A DNA stretch of 64,000 nt, from the NCBI GenBank assembly GCA_965213855.1, contig CBDCAA010000002.1, forward strand, positions 8,401 to 72,400, read 5' to 3'. The translations under genes and the position numbers were made by a program. Of the stretch, positions 59,101 to 64,000 are shown piece after piece (the first letter of the stretch is position 1; each line of letters starts with the position of its first letter). The notes under the pieces were generated by a model. That model saw only the letters and a list, made by a program, of their open reading frames with translations. It was not told the origin of the DNA and searched no databases. Source of the DNA: Acetobacteraceae bacterium (GTDB lineage Bacteria; Pseudomonadota; Alphaproteobacteria; Acetobacterales; Acetobacteraceae).

Positions 59101-60990
59101 GATGCTGACCACGCCGCCCGCCGACGCCGCCGAGACGTTGGCGTTCACGAACACGCTCGCGCCCGCCGCCGTGCCGTTCGATGCGAGGAACACGCTCCCG
59201 TTCGTTGACGTGACCGCGCCGCCGACGCTCAGCACCCCATTCGTGGTCACGCCGCTGATTCCGGCACTCGCCGCGCTGGCCGTCAGCACCACGTTGCCCG
59301 ACGCGGTGATGCTCGTCGGCAGCGCGGCCGTCGCGCTCACCGTCAGGTTGTTGCCCGCCTGCAGCACCAGGTTCTGCAGCACCGGCGTCGGCTGTGCGAG
59401 CCCGCCGGTCAGGTTGATCGTGACGCCGGCGGTGACCGTGACGTTGCCGGTCGCCTGGATCGTCACGTTGCCCGCGAAGCCGCTGATCGTCCCGTCGGAG
59501 ATCGTGTAGCTCGACCCGGTGCCCTGGCCGGCGGGAACGGTGCCGGTGCCGGTGCTGCCGTCGTCGCTCGCGCTTCCCGCCGCCCCGTGCACGATCGTCA
59601 CGCTGTCCGGGTCCAACAGGATGTTCCCCGGCGTCCCATGCGGCGCCGCCGTGCTGATCGTGCCCGTCAGTGAATAGTTCGACCGGCCTGACACTTCCAC
59701 GCTGCCGCCATTGCCGCCCCGGGCGCCACCCTTGGCCGACAGCCCGCCCGCCATCGCCGTCCGCTCGGTCGCCAGGATCGCGACGTTGCCGCCGCTGCCC
59801 GTGCCTCGCCCGTCCGCAGAGATCCGCGCCCCCGCCGCCAGGTCGACCGCCCGCGCTGCGCCGTCCGGCACGCCGCCGCCTTGCGCCCGCGCCCGCGCCA
59901 ACGTCGTGCCGACCGCGACCGTGCCGCCGCCGCCCTGCCCGCTCGCCGAGATCCGCGCGCCCGCCTTCACCGCGACCGTGTCGCTCGCCACCAGGGTCAC
60001 GGCGCCGCCACCTGCCCCGGGCGCCCGCCCGTCGGCATGGATCGCGCCCTCGATGCTGATCGTGCCGCCGACCGCCGACACCACGATCGACCCGGCATGG
60101 CCGCCCACCGTGTCCGCCTGCAGCCGCCCGCCGGCGCTGACCAGATTCTGCACGATCCCGTCGGCCGCCTTGGCCGTCAGCACGATCGTCCCGCCATCGG
60201 CCATGATCGTCCCGGTGTTCGTCACCAGCGCCGTCCCGCCCCCAGGGGTGTGGCGCACCTCCTTCGTCACGTCGACGCTCATCAGCCCGTCGCCATACAG
60301 GTCGACGGTGTGCGCCTCCGCCCCGGCGAGCACGACGTGGCCCATCTTGGCGCGGATCACCCCGGAATTGGCCACCTGCGGCGCCACCAGCGCGGCCAGC
60401 CCGGTTCCTGCGACGCTGATCTCGCCCGCATTGCTGATCCGCGCGTCGGCGTGGCCCGGGCGGTCGAACAGCATCTTGCCGGCCATGAAGTTCTGCGTGC
60501 TGATCCCGGCCGCGGACACGATCAGCGTCTGCGCGTTCACCTGGCTGCCCTGGTAGAACACCACCCCGCTCGGGTTCGTGATCACCACCTGGCCGTTGGC
60601 CTGGATCCGTCCCGCGATCTGCGACGGGTCCGGCCCGGTCACCCGGTTCAGCACGATGGCACTCGCACTGGGCTGCAGATACTGCACCGTGTGCCCGCTG
60701 CCGATGTCGTAGCTGCGCCAGTCGATCGCCGCCCGCTGGCTCGATTGCGCCACCGTGGTCTGGGCCGTGGACTGGCTGATGCTCGCGGCACCCCCCACCA
60801 CGGCGCCCCCTATCGGCCGCGCGCCCGGCGCCGGCTGCGCCGCCACCGGGAAGGCCAGCAGCAGCACCGTCGTCGCCTGCAGCGCGGTGGACGCCAGCAG
60901 CGCCGGACGCGGGCGCCGGCGCAGCCCGGCCACGCGCGCCGCCTGCCCCGTCCGCCGCGCCCGCCGCCGTGCCGCCCGGTCCTGTGTCAT
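50152..60990 (-). CDS. Giant two-partner-secretion exoprotein (TpsA; filamentous-haemagglutinin-family N-terminal domain plus about 3000 aa of beta-strand repeats)
   Basis: Track ORF 50152..61506 trimmed to ATG 60990 (the upstream 172 codons overlap tpsB in another frame), giving 3612 aa. Basic extended signal peptide (MTQDRAARRRARRTG...LLLAFPVAAQ). TPS domain (IDWRSYDIGSGHTVQYLQPSASAIVLNRVTGPDPSQIAGRIQANGQVVITNPSGVVF). GGNGGSVEVSG...GNILLDPDSVTI motif. The remainder is G/T/A/V-rich. Confidence 0.9.
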   Translation of the reverse strand: MTQDRAARRRARRTGQAARVAGLRRRPRPALLASTALQATTVLLLAFPVAAQPAPGARPIGGAVVGGAASISQSTAQTTVAQSSQRAAIDWRSYDIGSGHTVQYLQPSASAIVLNRVTGPDPSQIAGRIQANGQVVITNPSGVVFYQGSQVNAQTLIVSAAGISTQNFMAGKMLFDRPGHADARISNAGEISVAGTGLAALVAPQVANSGVIRAKMGHVVLAGAEAHTVDLYGDGLMSVDVTKEVRHTPGGGTALVTNTGTIMADGGTIVLTAKAADGIVQNLVSAGGRLQADTVGGHAGSIVVSAVGGTISIEGAIHADGRAPGAGGGAVTLVASDTVAVKAGARISASGQGGGGTVAVGTTLARARAQGGGVPDGAARAVDLAAGARISADGRGTGSGGNVAILATERTAMAGGLSAKGGARGGNGGSVEVSGRSNYSLTGTISTAAPHGTPGNILLDPDSVTIVHGAAGSASDDGSTGTGTVPAGQGTGSSYTISDGTISGFAGNVTIQATGNVTVTAGVTINLTGGLAQPTPVLQNLVLQAGNNLTVSATAALPTSITASGNVVLTASAASAGISGVTTNGVLSVGGAVTSTNGSVFLASNGTAAGASVFVNANVSAASAGGVVSISGNTAGVGPGVLVTAGQRIDLATTNGAALTIGNTTVIDPTATLAAPRVRIGQASLSDGVTTPADGAAATAITFASPFSIAGTLELRTTGSVNQASTAPVGAGQLVGSASGSITLNNPGNAIGALGTAATGLTSGTGNSAITTTGALDIAGAVDVGSANKLTLNAATITESTGTINAGFVDTTSTAGPTTLDKANTFTSIAAASATGHATFDVTGALNLAGPVNVGANTLSLSSVLGLTQSVAGTITAGTLTGTVGDANAAVTTGRDAILNGIGNGIGNLSDFTVKQGNLALADTQPLTQLAGHTATARNVTLSTTDLVINGNVGACAIDPVTAGLVTLNATGHVTIAGVVGGENKTVVNGATGTTVTAGFLEAGNPASTTATLQINNGLTLTGGSVAANLVSIGGNVMQSGGTLVLTGGLGGTYSFTGGSVYSPAALSLVSTGFAAGSVISAPSVSVTEPSATPVFSTGADVFAPGNISFTLQGGFIQTGGQIVSGGSLAIGGGGGVPASGTITQSGGTLASQAGVTLYSVGSGAVTLGGTLVGPTIQVIEPFAAVSFGPTALAGGFTQTAPAAAVTLHCPSCDGLSPGIGVTAGGLIAGPVAAAVRVDSGTLNLTSNFTAGTLELHSTGSTTQTAPFTAATLLGTAGYAVTIQPFALPTWNTPAGAGGAGLIAPNSIARLGPYYAGGILSVASNTAMTVVDKVVAGANQTVTLQAPTLTVDGLGASGFVALGTVTNGAFSTALRPANAGIFALPTIAATATAYGTVGLATDHLTLSGAAPVVNAAGGVVAIAPFTAGAAVSVDGAASAGTWVVAPQLALVNTLGTASSIGFGGPQTLRLGSLDGTLPGAPSSLTVNAPMTLVNVAGTLGLYSSGAINETAPGGLTIGRPAVGAAPRIVGTLTGQAAGAVTLTGGNGALTLANADTIVPTNHFDVLAGFSANGLSVADGAVAGAGLGGLAVTGTIAPGAGDLGLLSVGAVLGGVRQGGTIALGSATAAATVSAANQTVTLAARDGVSTAAAITQTAASTLAAGTLAARASTADTAATAYDVVLGNASNAVAALGNVSVGTTLPSGLLSAQGGFTVRSGGPSLGVTGLVAAKTITITANAMTVSGGIGACAVGGIGGTVTLNNTGLLAIGGTVGAQSGVVLASSGLTTISGLLNGPTVGVTTGGLLVAGGQVLGSTVTVAGGTTVSGGSLRAHALNPGAVTVQGSGDVYADNALTVTVGTPTLDGTIASGGNLTINSAGPLTLGSTPASLVALAAGGSLTVMTAGDFTQAAGTIAATAAVTISTSGNVTQTAGTIEAGSGAAGSGTVTLLGTGPASTALLQGVLSAGTIQVSEPNVALTFAPPALLGTATVAVGPLQPITLHCPGCDANVASATYPLVATPGTGRPATLRVDGNSLVLGTIAADVIELHSVGDTTQTASGIVTAGTLLGTAGYGFTPAANALPTWNAPATAGSVVLGNAGNSVAQLGPYYAGGSVTLTTGGTLTVVDLVAAGGAQTATSMGASTIALTAPAITVDGVAHSGSLRFGLVQGGAFATNARPVGPSPAPAPSALAATDVLFNQISLQTDRLNILGATPRVEALDGRVAIAPLTAGLAMSVDAAQTGAGSLVSSQLGLISTIGGAANVGSGGRQSLLLGSLDGTLTHAAGSLALNAPLGLTNLAATLGLYATGDITENTAAGLSIGRQAGGANPAVTGTLTGQAGGEVRLVGRLADGSFGPLTLASAPGAAPANHFDVLNGFAAGAALAIADTPDANSGQGGLVVHGTVSAGAGALGLLSVGTVQGAGRVGGTIAIGDAGVAAALNAGAQTVTLVARDGSAGQAAITLNGAGGPGSTITAGTLQGRAQTVDTSATRYDVSLLEAAATTNGVAALGDFTVGTGPANGVISAQGAFTLQAHGPSGASPLSVTGNVTSDNTSITANAITVTITGAIGACIVPVIASGNVVLTADGAGPAVTVAGGTVGAQSQVAIQAALGSTVTAGTVDAPLVTLGGGLTLSGGQVFGNTVAIAGGATVTGGQLHANRLATTAAGNTPVPIAFGGGDVYASNDLTITATGGTLSGVLTAGNTLGVSASGSLASSAVLTAGSVLGIATGGDFLQSAGLIASGSAVRITAGGQVGQSGGTIEAGSGAGVGTIFLAGAGVSGGGAGLGGTLSANQVQVTELGYAVQFAPAVLAGDARVAAGGLNLALHCPGCDLNAPAATASNTAVVGAYRPSVVRLDGGTLAVGSIGADTIELHSAGDTTASGALTGLTLTGSAGYSASGTDANGRPTYTLGAAAAGGHASFGGAANNLFTVSDYQARLSLVLADLPTAQVSAAGVTQQAAGLTLAGIVRAGPAGDPLDATTAAVSGGPLTITTSGANGQIAITGTLAGSAVTVVASGAISEAGGGAIVADVLTGSATAATLGTATTGATAQQGNQIATLGQFNTRTGDLALNDSRNLVATNDSAAGALTLSAQAGTRTPSDPEGQAAGELSFSNLQAGSAVTLTAAAGLSGTGVATPATLSVSAGQGVLVSGASARTVTGSAGQDLSVAGGFDQAGPIGAPGAVALSDTRGLTVQNGVAAGGALRVTTDGALAIAGAASGQSVSLASGAATTISGVVQAAGVLTATAGPGTTLVTGTLTGGTQVGITAAAVDVEGTVSAPALQVSTGSSLTVGPSGTLAGGRITSVSGGGATLGGTVTASGAASVTANGISVGGRVRAATIGLDAGVSTLSSTGSLDAAGTIALRAAGDVVLAAGSTSNAGGSLTLSGPAAAPARSATLGGTVATPLLTVIADGIALPGGALSLGGVVQPSGVKAAALPTAGSGAPGGYFEATSSLVQSPTASIRPLAGYANATVRIDLTSGAGQIVLGNLFVPAGNLIVDVGAGSASGQITVRNLFALYTGTGPGAGGIRLSGTVAGQSGTGAAGLSAVSPAPNPRYEINSCALASVNCVVLRPQALPIGNPLKELSLGFFREQEDDGALLVPNITEQGL
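52250..58330 (-). repeat. Three diverged tandem mega-repeats (about 2.4-2.5 kb, 790-825 aa each) inside tpsA; boundaries approximate
   Basis: Landmark pairs recur with constant spacing. G-A-C codons at 58123, 55744 and 53278. H-C-P-x-C-D at 57352-57363, 54976-54987 and 52498-52509. Collinear motifs in copies 1 and 2 (ELHS.G.TTQTA, LPTWN.PA, LGPYYAGG, LGLY..G.I.E, GTLTGQA.G, NHFDVL.GF, QTVTL.ARDG). Confidence 0.75.
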
Positions 60991-61052
60991 GCTCGAACCC
61001 ACCCCAAACCATCCGTCCGCCACGGCTCGTCCGCGTTCAGAACGATACCGTA

Positions 61053-62837
61053 TCAGAAACGCGTGAGCACGCGCCAGTAGGCCGCTTGCGCCCGCAGCGC
61101 CAACACCCCCTGGTTCGAGGGACCCTCCGGGTTCCGCGTCACCCGCCCTACCCCCTCGACCTCGAACGCGACGTTCGGCCCCAACTGCGCCCGAACGCCG
61201 CCGCCGAACGAGCGCAGCCGCCGGTTCGGGTCGGCACGCTGGTTCTCCCAGGTCTCGCCCCAGTCGTGGAACAGGTAGAATTGCGGGCTGACGGTCCCGC
61301 TCACCCCGAACGCATCGACGTTGAAGCTCGTGTTCAACTGCAGCTCGACGGACGCGGTCAGCGCGTTGTCCCCCGTCACCTCGCCCGCGTAGTAGCCGCG
61401 GTTGTAGCGGATGCCGCCCAGGAAGAACTTCTCCGACGGCGGCAGCACGCTGTTGCTCACCTGCCCGGCTACCAGCCCGAACAGCACCACCGAACCGTCC
61501 GTCCACGGGTGGAATAGCGTCTGGCTGCGCGTCAGCTCGGCGTTGAACTTGAAGAAATCCGTCTTTTCTCCGGCGCGCCCGGCCTGCGGGTCGCCGTTCT
61601 GCGTCGCCCCCAGCCCCGACACTCCTTGCGACAGCCGGAACGACGCGTTGTTAATCCCGGTCCGGTCGTCGCCGAACACCACGTCCTGCAGCGCGTAGTC
61701 CGCGCCGGCGCGCAACACGCGCAGGCTGTCGAAGCTCGCCCGCACCGCCGTCGCCGCGCCGGCCGCGTTGGGCGGCCCGCTATCCGTGCGGATGTCGCTC
61801 TCGAGCGCATCGAGCGTGCCCACCGCGATCAGCGTCTGCTGCCGGCTGCGGATGATCGGATAGCTCGCCTGCGCCCCGAACACACGGGTCCGCCCGTCAT
61901 AGCCCAGCACGCGCAGGTTGCCCGACGGCTCGGTCCCCCCCTCGCCGGCATAGATCCGCACCTTGACGCCCGAGCTGCCGACGAAGAACTCGCTTGCCGC
62001 CTGCCCGAACGTCTGCGTGTTGTTGAAGCTGTGCAGGATGCTCAGCTCCGTCCGCTCGCCGAACTGCGTGAAGCTGTTGAACCCGGCGATCGCCAGCAAC
62101 TGCTCCGGCCCGGTCTGCCGGAACGCCCGGTTGTCGGCCGTCAGCAGCCCGTCCACCGCCTTGCGGCTGACCTGCGCGACCAGCGTCACCGCCGCCGGGT
62201 CATCGCCAGGCCGCAGCACGGAGCGCAGCGTGACGCCGGGAACGTCGTTGGCCAGCAGCAGGTAGCGCTCCAGCGTCGCGATCCGGATCGGCCGCTCCTC
62301 GGTCAGCCGGTTCAGGAAGCGCAGCACCTGCGTGCCGGCCGGCCCGATGTCGCCGTCCAGCTTGACGTCGGCGATATAGCCCTCGACCACGGTGAACCGC
62401 AGGTGCCCGCCCGCGTCCAGCGCCGACGACACCGTCGTGAGCAGGTAGCCATCCCCCCGGTAGCGCGCCAGCAGCGCCTGCCGCGCCTGCTCGACGCGCG
62501 ACAGCGGGACCGCCGCGCCGGTCAGCCCCGCGGTCGCTGCAGCCAGCTCGCCCGGCGGATACACGCTGGCCCCGGTCACGCTCACGCTGCCGATCCGCGC
62601 CGTCTGGCCCGGCGCGAACGACGCCGCGGGCGGCGGCGCCGGCTGTTGCAGCCCGGGCGCGGTCGTCGGCGGGCTGGGCTGCCGGTCGCGATCGATCGGC
62701 GAGCCCTGCGGAACGAGCACGGCCGGCAGCAGCCCACCGCCCTGACCGGGCAGAATGACCTGGGCAGACGCTGTCGAGGACAGCAGCAAGGCGGCTGGGA
62801 ATAGTATTGGCGCAGACCACGGGAGAAATTTCAACAT
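61053..62837 (-). CDS. TpsB outer-membrane transporter (ShlB/FhaC/HecB family, POTRA + beta-barrel)
   Basis: 594 aa. Signal peptide MLKFLPWSAPILFPAALLLSSTASAQ, Pro-rich linker, POTRA-like region (IGSVSVTGASVYPPGEL...RFTVVEGYIADVKLDG), barrel ending ...AYWRVLTRF (terminal aromatic). 62 nt upstream of tpsA. Confidence 0.88.
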   Translation of the reverse strand: MLKFLPWSAPILFPAALLLSSTASAQVILPGQGGGLLPAVLVPQGSPIDRDRQPSPPTTAPGLQQPAPPPAASFAPGQTARIGSVSVTGASVYPPGELAAATAGLTGAAVPLSRVEQARQALLARYRGDGYLLTTVSSALDAGGHLRFTVVEGYIADVKLDGDIGPAGTQVLRFLNRLTEERPIRIATLERYLLLANDVPGVTLRSVLRPGDDPAAVTLVAQVSRKAVDGLLTADNRAFRQTGPEQLLAIAGFNSFTQFGERTELSILHSFNNTQTFGQAASEFFVGSSGVKVRIYAGEGGTEPSGNLRVLGYDGRTRVFGAQASYPIIRSRQQTLIAVGTLDALESDIRTDSGPPNAAGAATAVRASFDSLRVLRAGADYALQDVVFGDDRTGINNASFRLSQGVSGLGATQNGDPQAGRAGEKTDFFKFNAELTRSQTLFHPWTDGSVVLFGLVAGQVSNSVLPPSEKFFLGGIRYNRGYYAGEVTGDNALTASVELQLNTSFNVDAFGVSGTVSPQFYLFHDWGETWENQRADPNRRLRSFGGGVRAQLGPNVAFEVEGVGRVTRNPEGPSNQGVLALRAQAAYWRVLTRF

Positions 62838-63088
62838 GGCGCCTTAACTGTCACTTGACCGGAACGTATTGGACCCTGGCCGGCCTCGTCAACTAGCGCA
62901 ACGATCTTTCGGCCACGGCGCTGCCCTGCGGCCACACCCGGCCGGATCGGCCCGGATCGCCCCGCCGATCGGGCTGTTCAGGGCGAAGTCGGCAGCATAG
63001 TGTAACGGTCGACGAACAAGGACCGGAAGGCGGCGATGGCCCACCAAGACGCGCAGGGCTGGGCAAGACCGGCCGGAGGCGGGGCCGG

Positions 63089-64000
63089 TTGATCGACAAG
63101 CTCGGCAAATACCAGATCCGCGGCGTGCTCGGCCGCGGCGCCATGGGCACGGTGTACGAGGCGTGGGACCCGCAGATCGCGCGCCGCGTCGCGATCAAGA
63201 CCGTCCGCCTGCCCGATAGCGCCGACAGCGAGGAGCGCGAGCTGCTCGGCCGCTTCCAGCAGGAGGCGCAGGCCGCGGGGCGCCTGCACCATCCCAATAT
63301 CGTCGGCGTGTTCGACTACGCCGAGACCGACGAGCTTGCCTACATCGTCATGGAGTTCGTCGCCGGCCGCACCCTGAAGGCCAATCTCGAGGAGGGCCGC
63401 ACGATCGAGCTGGCCGAAGCCGGGCGCCTCATGGATGGCCTGCTCACCGGCCTCGCCTACAGCCACGGCCACGACGTCATCCACCGCGACATCAAGCCCG
63501 CCAACATCATCGTCACCGCCGACGGGACGGTGAAGATCGCTGACTTCGGCATCGCCCGCATCGGCGGCAGCGGCATGACCGTCGCCGGGTCCATCATGGG
63601 CACGCCGGCCTACATGTCGCCCGAGCAGTTCAAGGGAACCACCGTCGACGGCCGCTCGGACATCTATTCGGCCGGTGTCGTGCTGTTCCTGCTGCTCACC
63701 GGCCGCCGCCCCTTTGACGGCAGCATGGCGACCATCATGCAGGCGGTGCTGAACGACGCGGCGCCCCCGCTTGCAACCCTGTCGCCCACGCTGCCGCCCG
63801 GCCTGCAGTCCGTCGTCACGCGCGCGATGGCCCGCGCACCGGACGACCGCTTTCAGGACGCGGAAACGTTCCGCCAAGCCCTGCGCGCCGCCCTGAGTGG
63901 CGCGCTTGGCGGCACCCTGGGCGGCACCCTGGGCGGCACCCTGGGCGGCGATCTGGGCGGCGACTTGGGCGGCGACCGACCCATCCCGGCCATCGGCTCG
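63089..64000 (+). CDS. Hanks-type Ser/Thr protein kinase, N-terminal 304 codons (runs off the right window edge)
   Basis: My own translation: (TTG 63089, GGAGG 9 nt upstream) LIDKLGKYQIRGVLGRGAMGTVYEAWDPQIARRVAIKTV...VIHRDIKPANIIV...KIADFGIAR...GTPAYMSPEQ. All core kinase motifs are present. There is no in-window stop, so it is absent from the ORF track; listed ORF 62978..63877(-) is its shadow. The start codon is inferred. Confidence 0.85.
   Translation, partial: MIDKLGKYQIRGVLGRGAMGTVYEAWDPQIARRVAIKTVRLPDSADSEERELLGRFQQEAQAAGRLHHPNIVGVFDYAETDELAYIVMEFVAGRTLKANLEEGRTIELAEAGRLMDGLLTGLAYSHGHDVIHRDIKPANIIVTADGTVKIADFGIARIGGSGMTVAGSIMGTPAYMSPEQFKGTTVDGRSDIYSAGVVLFLLLTGRRPFDGSMATIMQAVLNDAAPPLATLSPTLPPGLQSVVTRAMARAPDDRFQDAETFRQALRAALSGALGGTLGGTLGGTLGGDLGGDLGGDRPIPAIGS
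63905..63976 (+). repeat. Six tandem 12-nt in-frame repeats (LGGT x3, LGGD x3) in the kinase linker
   Basis: cttggcggcacc ctgggcggcacc ctgggcggcacc ctgggcggcgat ctgggcggcgac ttgggcggcgac, read directly. Confidence 0.9.

Noticed and set aside
55952-61012. 1686-aa minus ORF and many 100-850-aa ORFs on both strands inside 50.1-61.5 kb
   Set aside because: They are alternative frames of tpsA. Compositions are extreme (R/G/D/A or P/A/S/T), and the tpsA frame carries the TPS domain and conserved motifs.
50152-61506. Track version of tpsA starting at 61506 (3784 aa)
   Set aside because: The first 172 codons overlap the 3' end of tpsB in another frame and look non-protein-like. The first Met that yields a signal peptide is at 60990.
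50152-62837. Possible contact-dependent inhibition (CdiB/CdiA/CdiI) locus
   Set aside because: I could find no VENN or pre-toxin boundary and no distinct C-terminal toxin module. The downstream gene is a 1013-aa CHAT lipoprotein rather than a small immunity protein. A profile search is still needed.
62864-62892. Promoter for tpsB (TTGACG - 16 nt - AATACG on the minus strand)
   Set aside because: Only the -35 element is convincing and the -10 matches 3 of 6 positions.
43722-63088. Calling the right-hand block a mobile genomic island
   Set aside because: There is no integrase, transposase, phage gene, flanking direct repeat or tRNA at the borders within the window. Only the synteny break and gene content suggest accessory status, and composition was not computed.
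62978-63877. 299-aa minus ORF
   Set aside because: It is antisense to the Ser/Thr kinase, whose catalytic motifs are unambiguous on the plus strand.
63905-63976. Short tandem repeats (also 1..815) as a possible CRISPR or non-coding satellite
   Set aside because: Both arrays are in frame inside coding sequence and have no unique spacers of CRISPR size.

Overview
Very GC-rich chromosomal window. Gene content and operon layout are typical of an alphaproteobacterium (Rhodospirillales/Acetobacteraceae-like is only an inference). Almost all real genes are on the minus strand. Left about 15 kb: an edge-truncated repeat-rich surface protein (absent from the ORF track because it has no in-window stop), a J-domain membrane protein, maeB, an FrhB-family flavo-FeS protein, tRNA-Leu(GAG), lipB, a polar amino-acid ABC importer (binding protein plus two permeases, no ATPase), and a translationally coupled rarA-rluC-asmA-ATP12-acyP string. 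Middle about 28 kb (15.3-43.7 kb): the ribosomal super-cluster rplKAJL-rpoBC-rpsLG-tuf-S10-spc-alpha (including secY, adk, rpoA). It is unusual in lacking fusA between rpsG and tuf and secE-nusG upstream of rplK, and several r-proteins carry low-complexity extensions. Right about 20 kb (43.7-64 kb) looks accessory: a small membrane protein, a soluble 5xPAS chemoreceptor with a minimal MCP hairpin, and an OmpA-like protein. The most interesting locus is a minus-strand operon tpsB - tpsA (3612 aa) - TPR/CHAT lipoprotein. The exported caspase-fold protease gene is joined to the giant two-partner-secretion exoprotein gene by an ATGA stop/start overlap. A Hanks-type Ser/Thr kinase (edge-truncated, also absent from the ORF track) is transcribed divergently from this operon. 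No rRNA, CRISPR array, transposase or integrase was seen. Most of the very long ORFs in the supplied track are GC-driven shadow frames of the real genes.
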